Notes: generated by a model not told the origin, from the sequence alone. Counted from the stretch's first letter, positions 24,019 through 36,701 are shown. The stretch is DNA of 64,000 bases from Mobula hypostoma (GCF_963921235.1 NC_086108.1:66094001-66158000); one strand, 5' to 3'. Translations and numbers: made by a program.

Positions 24019-24659
24019 TTAAATAAACAAACAAAGTAAGGGGCAGGTGCACTAAAGAAAGACACAGATGAACATAATCAACTAATAGTCTGAGGAGGAG
24101 GAGCATCAGTGGCTGGAGGACTCTCACACCCCCTGGTGATCAGACTGAAGCATGACAGCAATTTGTCAGGAGATCATCAAGACTATTAGGATTTCCATTG
24201 CCTTTGGTTTCGTTACCACTTTAAATAGGACATTAAATTACTAGGAGTTGCAAGGTATATTCTAGAATGGGAGGCAAACATGAGGTGTGGTTTCACTCAG
24301 AGATTCACTACCCTATTACTGTGTTACAACAGCAAATGAGAAGATAGACATTCTGTGCCTCGTTACTCAACTCCTTACACCCAAATATTTAACTAACTCT
24401 TAAGTGCCTGAGTCAAGCTGCTGCTTGAATCCAAGTCACACACCATCTAGATTTCCCTGTCTGTCTCCACTGACACAAAGAATACAACTGGTGGTAAATG
24501 GGACTTGCTATTGTTTTCACTGAACTTTGATCACTACTGTGAGATCATTAAACCTTTTGCAGCCATGCCCTTAATATGTTACTTACTAAGTTTCGACCTT
24601 GTCTGTGATCTCCTCCACTATTGCTTGATTATGAACTTGGATGTCTTAGGGCATATATC

Positions 24660-25075
24660 ATAGAACAGTATTGCACAATACAGTCCCTTTGGCACATGAG
24701 TCTCTTAAATATCTCTAATGTACAGGCCTCTAGCACCATCTCCAGCAGTGCGCTACAGGCTCCTGCCACTTCATGTATACAAAAAACTACATCTTACACC
24801 TACCGGAAATCTTGCTCCACTCACCTTAAATAGATTTCCTCTAGTATTGGTTATTAATGCCTTGGGGGGAAAAAAAACATTTGCTGCCCACTCTATCTAT
24901 GCACCTCTAATCTTCCAACGAGGAAAGTGCTAGCTTGCTCAATCTTTAATCAAAAGGCACATTCTCTGATCCAGGCAGCAACCTCGTAAATCTCATCTGC
25001 ACCCTCTCAAAAGCTTTCACATCCTTCATATAATGAGGCAACTAGAACTGAACACAATATTTCAAGAATTGTATA
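24660..25075 (-). mobile_element. Degenerate CR1 LINE 3' fragment
   Basis: Similar to the CR1 3' end at 62700-63250. Confidence 0.6.
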
Positions 25076-25720
25076 TCCTCCTATTGAAGAGGCCTTTAGG
25101 ATGAAGGCCTCCACGACAGTGCTGGAAATTCATGACTACCATCCCCAACCATGAAGCATTGTTTCCAAAACCTGTTGGAAAGTTTCCACCTCTCTATACT
25201 GAGTGCAGGCCCACTTTAATCAATGCTAGATGTTAAGGAATTAAATGAGACCACATCAGGTGACTTTTTCCTCCTTCTTCGAAGAAGAGTGTTCTTTCTA
25301 CGAAAAGAATTCAACAAGGGTTATCTGGGCCTATTTTTACAATGGCTGGCATAGAGAGCGATTGGGTCAATTATGGGAGTATTGAAGGAAATGAGGGTAT
25401 TTCATAGAGACAATCTGATATGGGTATCTATTCTGGACTGAGAATGGGAAGGAGGCAGGAAGAGGGCTGGGAAAGGGGAAAGGAAGAGGGGAAAGGGCAA
25501 AGAGCGGGAAGCACCAGGGAATGAAATGATCTTGCCTGGTGTCTCAGGGTTAGGCGTGTCTGCAGCTGCAGTACATTCGCGCCCCCCTCCCCCGCTCCTG
25601 GCTCTCCTTCTCTGCCAGCTGTCCCACACCTCTACCGCAGCGCTTCGCCCTCACCATTCTCAACATCTTTGCTCCCGCCAGGTTACGAACTCGATCTCCT
25701 CTCCACGTTGACAAATAATG

Positions 25721-25782
25721 CAGTACCGTGCAGAAGTATTGGGTACCCTAGCTATACATGTGTGCCTAAGACTTTGGCAAGT
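25721..25782. mobile_element. Possible Tc1/mariner-type MITE remnant
   Basis: Imperfect inverted ends CAGTACCGTGCAGAAGTATTGGGTAC / GTGCCTAAGACTTTGGCA. Confidence 0.35.
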
Positions 25783-26313
25783 GGGTAGGCATTATTTCTT
25801 CATGCTAAGGGAATGAAGAGATATGAGGAGGCAGATGAATTAATATACCGATAGAAATGTTCTGTCATGTCCATATTAAACAAAGGTTCAAATGCACAAT
25901 TTATACTCCTATTTTCAATGTTTCCATATTACTCCCTCTACATGTTACCCCATATTGGTTTGAAACACGTTGTGACAAGTAGCCAGATTTAGAATTCAAC
26001 ACTGCTCTGTGATTGGTCAAATAGAAATTACAAGCGGTCGTCTGCAACCAGGTCTTGCTTTATCTCACTGAACTAATGAAGTATACCATAAGAAAACTGG
26101 TTTGAGATTTTGTGTTTGTATTTATTAGGGATAACAAGGTAATTTTGACTTTGTCTAAAGTTGTATTCTGCTTGTAGAAGATTTTGAGGCAGGGTAAGTT
26201 AGTGATGTTTGGTTAGCGACACCCTACCAACAATGAATAAGCTAACGGAGAGGGGAGAATGCGTTCCGTTCTCCGTCGTTGAAGATGATAGTTGACTTTC
26301 CATTTCTACAACA

Positions 26314-26330
26314 GACAGCAGGTGGCGCTT
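26314..26330 (+). promoter_or_regulatory. Candidate CTCF binding site
   Basis: GACAGCAGGTGGCGCTT closely matches the CCASYAGRKGGCRS core. Confidence 0.5.
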
Positions 26331-27431
26331 TTGACACTCGTTTATTAATACGGACAGGTTCGCTATAAATGGACCCACACGGAGTTTTAGAAAATTACGA
26401 TCAGTGCCTTCAATATGGGGATGAGATTGCAGTAGTTAGCCGTGTTGTATTCCATCCACAGAACGTGATCTACAGCGCCAAGGGGAAGCAGGAAGCAGAA
26501 AGTAACCAAGATTTCCAAACCACAGGGAGCCCCTGCTGGATGTTAACGGTGAAAAGAAATAACAGTGTCGTTTGAACCGTTCCAACTAAACTTGGTGAAA
26601 TAGATCCAGGTAAAAATGTTTGATTTCTTAATAAAGCTGATGCAAATCAAATCTATTTTTAGCAGAAAACTACATTCATTTTTTTTCTAAAAGTAGTCAA
26701 GGTTGATGCGAGAGCCACTGTTCACACTTCTAAAATGACCTTTGCTCCTTTGATGTGATCGAACACTGGGACACCGTGAAAATCTGCACAGAATCACACC
26801 CAGATTCCTCGTTACCTATTTCAATAAAAACACCAGGATAAGTGTCGTTTCTGGTGTGGTTTAAAGGCCATTGGATTTAATAAATGGATCTAAGTTTAAC
26901 AGAGTAAGAGGATTTTAAATGTTTATATAGTTTTCCCCAAAATTAAGTATTTTAAGAGCCGTGTTTTACTGCTCACCATGTAAGTGACTAGCTGAGGTGT
27001 CCGCTTCCATTCTTGCAAGTATTGAATGCTGGTCAAAGTATAATTAATTAGACCCAAAGTTAATATTTTGTGGTACAGTATTAATCCTTTTTTTTTCGTT
27101 TTTCACGAGATTTCATTTTCTTTAGGGAACCTGTGCTCGGGCCTCTGCTGAGTTTAAATCAGTTTGTACATAATCCTCTGTGCTTATAGAGCACACATTG
27201 GACAGGAGATGACCATTTAGGAAGTGCAAACCGTTGGGCATTTGAAGACCGTGTGGCATTTGAAACCGACAGCTGTTTGACCATGCTGGCTACCGTCCTA
27301 CTAGAAGACTCTTGGAGTAAAAGTCAGCCCGCACCTGTTGTGAAGTAACAGAGCTTCGAGGCGACAATTGAAGTACTTAGCTGCCCTTTAATGCTCACCC
27401 CTCCCCCCTTTCACATTCGCACAATTGGCTA

Positions 27432-27690
27432 TTTTCTTCTTCTCAAGTCCAACACCCCTACTGGGACATAGAACGCCGACAGCAGCTCGCCAGAATCCTC
27501 AGTCCCGGGCAGATAGAAGGCGTTCTACCATGCGTCTTTTAGGCAAAGATCCGGTCCCAGGGATGAGCTGTTTCGGCCTTTTTGTTGGCGTTTCTATGGC
27601 TCTCTGTTTTTGCCAGATGGGGGTTGATAGCCCCATACCCGACCTTTCTCCTTTCGACGGGCTTGGGACTGTCGATGGCGGAGTTAATTA
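27432..27690. mobile_element. Short retroposon, probably RTE-derived
   Basis: GC-rich insert with a TCTTCTTCT end and GGGGTTGATAGCCCCATACCC...GGGCTTGGGAC resembling RTE 5' UTR derivatives; family recall only. Confidence 0.4.
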
Positions 27691-29569
27691 TTCTTGTAAC
27701 AAGCATCTTAAACAGTGCAGTTCTACGATCTTCTTTCAGGGTAATCAGTTGTTAAATTAATTAGTTATTTTAACCAAACATTCAAAACTGCAAAAAATCC
27801 TAAATATAATAAACAGATCAAAAATATCCATCCAGTGGGAAATTATTAACCAGAGTCCTTGCAGCTAAAACACAAGTAATGAATTTTTCTTTAATGTAGT
27901 CAGTCTGTACAACTGAAGTTCATAACTGATTTGCTACTTGAAAAGGGAATCGTCTAAATGCAGAACATCTTGCTTTAATCGTGAAATATTTTCGGGTAAC
28001 ATATATTTGAAAGATGCATGCTGATTTGTTAAGCAACTTCGACACTTAGCAAGCATCACCTCGTAGCTGCTTACCTTCCTATAATAATCCAGGCACCTAT
28101 CGGATAAATTATAACTGCATATAATATCTAATAAAGTTTGGAACGAACCGCATTATTGATTAATGGGAGAAGGGAAAATTATCAGGTTCGGTGTTCTTGA
28201 TGGTAAAGGAAACATTGTCCTTGATGCATAATATGCTTTTGAAATTTGGCCAGCGAAAAGAAGCGTTTAGGTGATATTGCAAAATTCAGAACTGAGACTT
28301 GGATGTAGGAAGGATACAACAGACGCACAGCAACAGTTATATGTGCATCTCTGTTGATGTAGTATTAAATACACACTTCAAGTGACCTTTCGAAAATAGT
28401 CGATGTTTGAAATTGGGTGCGGGATTTTTCCTTGCAGTTTTGGAATGGGGATCATGAAAAAGGATAAGTTATATTTCTATATCCGGTCATTTGCTCTGCG
28501 TTTAAATCTGTATGCAACTATCATTCACAAGATCAAATCTGTGTTGCGCGATTACAAACGATCTCGAGATGAAAAGTGGTGTATGGTTTACTCATGTCTT
28601 TCTCTCTTGCTCTGCCTCCCGCCTCTCTAAAAAAAAGAAGTCGGTTTATGTTATGAGCACTTTAAGAATGGATATGGTGAAAAGCTCAAAGTGACCAGAG
28701 AAGGTCAATTTCCTTTAGTACGCCTGAACTTCTTGCTTCGTGTTATTTCGCTATTATGCTGCTTCTATTTTCTTGCGTTCTTGTATTCTGCTGCCTCGAG
28801 AATCGAGAAGTTTGAAGAACTTTTAGTCGTGGAATCCTGAAGAGGTACAATTTGGAAGCAAATCCTCGGCGCACTGTGGGCGTGCGCGTCGACCCATTTC
28901 CACCTTCTGTCCGCTGCCAACTCGAGCTATCGCAGCGTTTGCTCCGATAGGTGGATTATTCTTTATTTGTTAACACACTGGCACTACACACCTTCATCAG
29001 TTAACAAGCGAATAATTGACAAAAAAAAATGTAGAGGCTAGTTGAATACTCGTTACCGGAGCTACTTTAGACAAAACAAGGTTTCATATATTCTCCAGCG
29101 AGTGAAAGGGATGTTACCGAATTGTCGGCTTTGGTTGAGGAAAAAAAAAGGCAATCTTCGCTTCTTAAAATTGCTACCATTCCGGTGGGTGGAGAAGAGC
29201 TTTTAAATTTAAAAAAAACATGGATGTTTCAACAAAATTGCCTGTTGAGTCTCGACCACCCGGCCAGTTTGTGCATACGGTGTCATAACATGCAGAACAG
29301 AAAAGAAATGATGATGGAACAAGTGCTGCGTACGGGCGTTCTGGAAAACGCTATCTTAACACAACCATACTTAAAGAAATACAGAAAATTACAGATCTTA
29401 AATTACAAACTTAAGTGACAATCAAAATCACAGATTCATACTGAACCGTTGGCTGCTTTGGATAGTGTTAGGTAGGAAGGCTGAATGTCCCTCTGTATTT
29501 CACTGGTGACCCCTGTCAGGCCACCCTTTAAGAAGAGCCCGCGGCTGATCTCCGAGAGGGAACCCAACT

Positions 29570-29700
29570 CACCCCTTACGTCACGGCCACGTGACGCCCC
29601 CTGTCGGATAAATGTCTATTGACAGCAGATTGAGGAGCAGAAGAGGCTTCCGCTGCCTGGCTCAGCTTTGTCAACTTTTCCTTTTTATAAAAAAAACAAA
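29570..29700 (+). promoter_or_regulatory. foxd2 proximal promoter candidate
   Basis: CRE-like TTACGTCA 29576-29583, E-box CACGTG 29588-29593 and TATAAAA 29686-29692, about 280 bp before the ATG. Confidence 0.55.
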
Positions 29701-29971
29701 CTTTGCTCCTAGCGTCGAGCGGCCGGGCAGCCGTCTACAAACTATGTGCACTAGTCTGAGTTTGGGAGCCGCGAGATTACAGTAAAAAAGGGGCAATATC
29801 TGCAAAGTTGTCGATGAGGAAACAAGAGAATAAGGATCCATTGGAAAGGAGTGCGGGTTCTCTGATTTCTTTTCCCCTTGGCCATTCTGAGCCACTCCAC
29901 TAGGGGGTCTGAGAGACTGGAGAGTTGCTACCGACACAAGGATTGAAGACACTGGGCCGATCACTTCAACA

Positions 29972-31030
29972 ATGACTCTAGGTGCCGACATGTCTGATCA
30001 TTCACTGCTCTCCGAGGATACAGATATTGATGTGGTCGGTGATATGAACAGCAAAGAAGGGAAATATGGTCATTTTCTTTCTGACAACGATTCAGACGAT
30101 ATCTTAAGCAGGAACGTTTCCGAGAATATTGAGTCCCCGGACTTGTCCGGCGTGTCTGACCCAGGTACGACCAGGGCAAGTGAGAAATCATGCAAAAGTA
30201 CTTTGGTCAAACCTCCCTACTCTTACATCGCTCTGATCACTATGGCCATTCTACAGAGTCCAAAGAAGAGACTAACATTGAGTGAGATCTGCGAGTTTAT
30301 CAGTAATCGTTTCCCTTACTACAGGGAAAAGTTCCCTGCCTGGCAGAACTCCATCCGGCACAATTTGTCTCTCAACGACTGCTTTGTGAAAATACCCCGG
30401 GAGCCCGGGAATCCTGGCAAGGGCAACTACTGGACTCTCGACCCCGATTCTGCAGACATGTTTGACAACGGGAGCTTCCTTCGGAGGAGGAAACGGTTCA
30501 AAAGGCAGCAGCCGTCCGAAATCTTGAGAGATCACGGCAGCTTCATGCCAAGTTTTGGATATGGACCTTATGGCTGCGGTTATGGCATCCAGCTGCAAAA
30601 TTTCCACCACCCTCATCACCATGCCTCCCCGAGTACGTTCCCATTCCAGCCTCCGCACTGTACGGTGCCATCACCAGCGTCAATGTTCCCAGCTGCAGCT
30701 ATCCCCTCGCTTTTACACAGCAACGACTTAACCAGGAAATCCTTCTACCCGCAGCTGAGTCCCACTCTACCCAACCTACAAGGATTGAAAGCAGACCCGA
30801 GTCAGTCCAGGCCTTCCTTCTCTATAGACAATATCATAGGGGCTGCTCCGTCAAATACCCCCGGGTCTCCCTACTCAGCTCCGCCTGGAAGCCAAGCACA
30901 GGTCCTGGCAATGTTAACTCCAGCACTCACGCAGTCCCAGAACCCTCTAAACTTAACGCACGATAATGTTCTACAGACTGGACAGACCTTTTCAAGTAAA
31001 CTCACAAATCTTAACACCTGTCACTATTAA
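29972..31030 (+). CDS. foxd2: Forkhead box protein D2, single exon, 352 aa
   Basis: FoxD forkhead domain [28 protein letters not shown]...[16 protein letters not shown]-terminus [23 protein letters not shown]; eh1 motif FSIDNII (30818-30838); C-terminus [13 protein letters not shown] matches amphibian FoxD2 as I recall it, rather than FoxD1/3/5. Confidence 0.93.
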   Translation: MTLGADMSDHSLLSEDTDIDVVGDMNSKEGKYGHFLSDNDSDDILSRNVSENIESPDLSGVSDPGTTRASEKSCKSTLVKPPYSYIALITMAILQSPKKRLTLSEICEFISNRFPYYREKFPAWQNSIRHNLSLNDCFVKIPREPGNPGKGNYWTLDPDSADMFDNGSFLRRRKRFKRQQPSEILRDHGSFMPSFGYGPYGCGYGIQLQNFHHPHHHASPSTFPFQPPHCTVPSPASMFPAAAIPSLLHSNDLTRKSFYPQLSPTLPNLQGLKADPSQSRPSFSIDNIIGAAPSNTPGSPYSAPPGSQAQVLAMLTPALTQSQNPLNLTHDNVLQTGQTFSSKLTNLNTCHY

Positions 31031-31283
31031 AATTTCTCGTCCCGTGTAAGGTAGGAATTATACCTTTTGAATATTTGGAACCACAAAAGTATGCTTCTGC
31101 TCTGGAAGAAAAGACAAGATATATTTATCGTATGTATATATGTAAAGATACCTGGGGAATATTGAATTCTTAATGTCATTCTTTCTCGTGCTGTCTGTAC
31201 CGAATGTTACCTTTTCCAATAATTTGATCCACTATACTGTTTAAGCACTGTTAAAGGACGGTTAGGGACCCTCAGGATTATTA

Positions 31284-31567
31284 AATAAATGATTTTGATG
31301 TAAAATACGCGATTTAGAAGGAAAATGGTGAAGAGAATTAATAAACGGATCTTCTAAAATTTCTGTTGCCTTCAGTCCCTAACTGTCTAGTTTTATGGGT
31401 TTTCGGTAATTATTTGTATAAAGATAGAGGAAAGATGTACAACTTTCCCACCTCCTGCCTGCTGTCTCATTGGTTGTACATCGATCTATTTTACGAGGAA
31501 AGTCTGTGAACAATACAGTGCTCTATGTTTAAAATGTCCATCAGGTCGTTTGGTGTAAATTAATAAA
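31284..31567 (+). terminator. Candidate foxd2 polyadenylation signals
   Basis: AATAAA at 31284, 31340 and 31562; which is used is unknown. Confidence 0.45.
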
Positions 31568-33298
31568 TGGTTTTAACTCTGAAAAATATGCCTTCCCATG
31601 TATTTGTACATAATGTTTGCTCATAAAACTTAAATCAGAGTTTTAAGTAACTATTTGGGGCCTAAGATTTATAACAATCACAGGATTAAAGTTTGGCGAT
31701 AATACAACGCCCTGTTATTTTATATTATATATATATTACATTCTGGTAATACCTCACTCTATCTAAATTAACATATTCTGTTTAACTCGAATAGTTCATA
31801 ATTATTTATTATGTAAATTACATTGTTGTATTCAATGGTCCAGTAAAAACTGAGGCCTCAATTTTGTTCGACGAAGAGATGAGTGAGCATGATATCAAGG
31901 ACAGAATCGTAATATTTCAAATATACCTAAAATATATGGACAATGCAATTGTTTATAGCTTCATTTGTTCCCTATTTTTTTTAAAAAAATACTATGCTCC
32001 AATTTAGAAGTGAAACCAAAAGAAGGGTGCCCATTAAAAAGGCAGTGTTAAGAGTTGGTTATTTTATTTTTCTTCTTGTATGATTATTTTATGAGGTGAG
32101 CTGAATACGTTTCAAAAGAGATTTGTGCAGTTTTTTTTATTTTAAAGTAGATTAGCAATAAGGAGTCAGAGGAAAGTTTCATACAATTTGCAAAACATTT
32201 TACTCACTCCACACATAAAGACTAACTGGAATTTTCAATTCACCTGTGCATATGGCTATTATGTTCTTAGAAGCTGGAAATAGTTTTGAAGTCTTACTGG
32301 TACTTGTTAATCCAATGTATTGTCTGGAACAGCTTCTTCCCAGCTCCTCATAAATAGTCTTGCTGGTGGCTCTCGCTTTGGATATAATTTTCTGGACACC
32401 ACTAATTTGCAGAAGCGTTGTATCTGCTGTAATCCACACAAAGGCCGTCTAGTTTGTTTATGTTGCTGATAATGCCTCGTCCTGAATAAATGACTCCCAG
32501 CGAGCGGTCTCAGGCCCAACTCACGCATTCGCTTTTGAAAAGCGATCTTCTCTCAGACAGTTGGTTGTCTTTTATCTTTGTGTTTCTTTGCCTGTACAAA
32601 GGTTGTTTAAGACTCGAAGATCCGCTCCACGGGATAAAACAGACGGGCAATCTATCTATTTTAAAGGTTTGCCAACTACCATGTTTTACTTAGCATAGTA
32701 AAGCTCTTTCATTTGCTGTGATTGTGTTCAAGTTGCAATTTTACCACATAGGGCTTTTTCTGACACGCTCATTAGCCGAAGGTACCCCTTTTTGAAGCAT
32801 GTGATAACGATAAAAATGTGGTTCAGTTCTCAAGATGTCAATGGAACTGTCTTTAATTGTTGACATTAGCCTGTACATTGAGGTCGCATAATTTGGACTA
32901 ATTGGCAAAGGAATGAAGACAGTCTTCAAGGCTCAACCACGGGATAAAAGGAACACGTCTAATGAAAGTGGGCTATCCATCTGTTGGGCCTGTCTAGGAT
33001 GAAATTCCAAATCAAAATCAAACCTGTAAGATTTTTTTGTTAGTTTTCCTACTGCCACGGCTATTGTTTGTATTGAGCTAAAATGGGATGAAATACATAG
33101 CAAATAAATAAAGCTTGAATTTTGTTCCGTAAAGTTTCCCTTTTAAGCGAAGCGTCGACTGGAAGTGTTCTGGTAGTTAAGTTTTCTTCATCAAAAATTG
33201 ATCGATTGTAGTTTTTTTTTAGAGTGAAACTGACCTGGCGTGACATTTTGCAGAAAATACTGTAAAAACGATATCTTAATGAGGCATGGAAAAATTAT

Positions 33299-33321
33299 CA
33301 CCAGCAACTTTGATGTGTGTT
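33299..33321 (+). mobile_element. 23-bp PLE micro-insertion
   Basis: CACCAGCAACTTTGATGTGTGTT is identical to the young PLE 3' end; perfect 15-bp TSD GCATGGAAAAATTAT at 33284-33298 and 33322-33336. Confidence 0.9.
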
Positions 33322-36300
33322 GCATGGAAAAATTATGTTTATTTTCAGATTTACAGCATCTACACTATGTTGGTTTTATAATAGGAGTTCAAGGGATAGC
33401 TGGTTTGTGTCATTCGGAGTTGGCCACTTAAGATGTACATCGACCATTATGAAACTCCGTGGCTCTTCACAGGTAAAGTGTCGCAGCCTAGTTTCTTTTG
33501 TTGCTATGTGAATATTGCCTACAAGTAATCTACTTCAAGAGCCGTCCTTACTGATTTGCATAACAACTGAAATAGGACATTTGCGGTTTGCCCAGCGAGA
33601 AGCCTCACGCTCGAAATGGGGGCTTTTATCTTCAACGTAAATCTTTTAAAGGGCAAGTTAATATAGGATTATTTGCAACAACTGCAATAAACCCGTCCAG
33701 AACTAGTACCTGTTTGTAATAGGCTGCATAAATCTCCAAGTTATTGTTGAATGGGTCATAGCTGACGTTGAACGTCGGACAATTCAACCGAAGTAATTGT
33801 AGTTAAATGTACCGTTTGTCGTCTGCTTAATAGAATTAGGAGTTTCCTACCCTTGCTATTCCATTTCGATCACTTTGCAATTTATTTAATTCACGGGATT
33901 CTTTAAGTATATGCAGCCGTGATTAGTCCCATCTCTTTAAGTTAAGAACTACCAGTTTTATATTGATGCGTAAAACAGTAGAAGCATGTTCAAACTGATT
34001 ATTGTGATAATTCTGGTTGGCATTTTGTGAGCCCCGCTGCCCACGTTGGGTCAATGAGCAGGGAACAGACCTATTAACCTACGTTTTAGTGACACCTATA
34101 ACGGATACGTGCCAGCTTCTTCATTACAGCGTTAAGTTTCGAACATAGCTGAGAGTAATGATTAGATTTAAAGAAGAGTATAAAACGCGTGTAATTTATA
34201 TTTAGATAAAACGCAATATACTTTAGGTAGCAAATTGTAGAATTGTCATTTATGTCCTTTCCAATATCAGATAAATATTTTCAGGGCTTTTAGTAAATGT
34301 CTTTGAAGACATATTTTTAGAATCAATGATCAATACTGTATCACTTTCGCGAATCGTTATACGATTGTATTCAAAACCAAAAATAAAACCTGTCCCACGT
34401 TCAAAGTGATCTGAAATTGTTAAACAACTTGCAGCGTGAAAGGGATATCATATGTACCATCAGGATTAGCTAACACCAACCAACTCTTAAATGGTTTGTA
34501 TGAACTAACATTAAGATAGTGTTACAATGTGTAATGCTATATCATCTCTATCTCCAGGTCTTAGCACCCAGCGATTTAGAATATAAGGGAGAAATGTGGA
34601 TGTTTGGTGTCCACATATCCAGGAACAGCTTTAAAGTTGCATTCTGAAAATGCTTTTTGTTTTCTAAAATATACAGTCTGTTTTAACAGAATACGAATTT
34701 CGTTTTTCATTTCAAGAATATAGTCAATACACTTGCATGAAATGGGATGGGTTGGTGTGTGTGTGGAGGTGGGGGCGGGAGTCAGTGGGAATCCTGCAAG
34801 AGCCGCTGCTTGCCAAAGAATAATTTGGATCTTGTTCATCTGTAAACTGGCCAAAATTATTAATGAAGACAAATCATGTTAATTAATAGGAAAGAGAACA
34901 CGGATAAATGAACGGGATGAAATCCACAGTTACATTACTTCGTTAGAAATCATTTGGTAAACAAATCCCACACGGGGAATGTTGTGCTGCGTTTAGATGA
35001 CAGCGTGCTATCCATAACCCGATAGGATATCAACACAAGTACTTCTATACCAAGTGTTAGGTTTCCTCCTAACGAGACTTTTTTTTTAATTTTTGGGATT
35101 ATTCGCTTTGTCTACGTGAATTTGAAAGAGATTTCAAATGTCATGGGTTCGGTTCCTGCTCAGATAGCGAAGAGTGATCCAAGTACTCCGATTGTTGTGG
35201 GGTTGGAACTTGTGATGCGTAAACGCCTTACATGGTGGGTTATACGCCATTGGATTCGCTCTATGATTGTCAGCAAATGTGTGGGTTGGTAAAAATGAAC
35301 AGAGAAAATGTTTCTAGGAGAAAGTTACTCTTATGAAAAGGAGCAGAGGGTCAGTCAGATAGGAAATGTTCAATCGTTTATATGTTGTTTGTTCTTTTAT
35401 TTGAGAGTCATAAATATTGCAGTCTGAATGTTCATTAGTACGGCCTGCTTCATTTTTCAGAAATTTTCTTTGGATGAATATTTCATTTGTGATACCATGA
35501 CAGAGATAATTGTCATGTTGTCTCTGACGCTTCTTTCCATGTATAACCTGTAATGGGAATATGAAACAGATGTCAGCATGTGAGTTATTAAACTTTCATG
35601 CAAATAAAATGAGTTTATCTTTTTTTCATAGAACCGAGACGCCACATTCTCAAAACAAATTATTAAATTCCTTATGTTTACAAATCAGATTAGTGACTTT
35701 CTATTAAGATTACTCTTAATAACAACTAAGTATTTATTTCAGCAACGGATTGTTCATCTCACAAATATGCTAATATTCAATGGGTTCACCATTCCAATTC
35801 ACGTAATTGCATTCAACCTCCTAATACTTTAATTTTTTTGAAATAAACTGGTAGTGTGACAAATCATTTAAAGCAGATTTCAACTTGGCGTTGTTTTTAA
35901 TATGTTTTCAACTTGCTCAGACAAATTGTCAGATATCTTCCTGAGTTTTCTAACCATTTCGAATGAGCATTGCTCAGAAATGTGTTAAAGGTTCACACAA
36001 CAGAGCTATTCTCGTAACATACTTTCTTGCGGCACATTTATTCTATTACCAACTGATTAAACAGATTTATTTGTGTTTTTAAATGCATTCAATGATTACC
36101 CCAACAGTTGTTGTCATTTTAGGTTTGAGTTGGACAAAACCGATGCTTTAGTTTATAAAGCATGCATGAGGTGTGCGGCCTATAGTTTCAAAAACCTTGC
36201 ACGCGATTGCAGTTCTGTATATCATTTTTTGTAGAAGCTCATTAATTTCGAAATGACAAATGAATGATTTGGTCTTGTTGAAGACGTGTCAAATAACATC

Positions 36301-36701
36301 AGAAGGTCGCAGAGTACTGATACCTATATTTTCTCCTTATTCACCTGGATTACAAAATTTGAGCAGGGGAATGCAATCCAATTATCTTTAAATGATACCA
36401 AAAAGGGCAACGTTTGATAATCGCATTAAATAAAAAACAAAACGGGAAAATAATTTTTCGTTTGCCTTAGCTCAAGAGCCAATGGCCTCGATTGGTTTAA
36501 TAATCGGAATGAAAACCAGTTCGATAGAAGACAAGTTGTACACCAAATTATTTATTATCTGTGATGGTGTTTGGCGAAAAATATAATTAAATATACTTTT
36601 CCTAAAATGTAAAGAATATTACAAGATAATTGACCATATATTGTTGAACATAAATAAGTCCTAAGTTTCTAACTTGTGTTCAGCCCCGGGTCTATTTTGA
36701 A

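Larger units (their letters stand above)
21408..24157 (-). mobile_element. Gypsy LTR retrotransposon C (sushi-type), internally deleted and 3'-truncated
   Basis: LTR 23258-24157 (minus TGTCATG...GTTACA); gag ATG at 23239 joined within ~150 bp to RT ([24 protein letters not shown]); RNase H 22026-22517; integrase PWFHISVDFITDLP ending near 21408. Confidence 0.85.

Noticed and set aside
29671..30658. Antisense ORFs overlapping foxd2
   Set aside because: Shadow frames of a GC-richer coding region with no domain similarity
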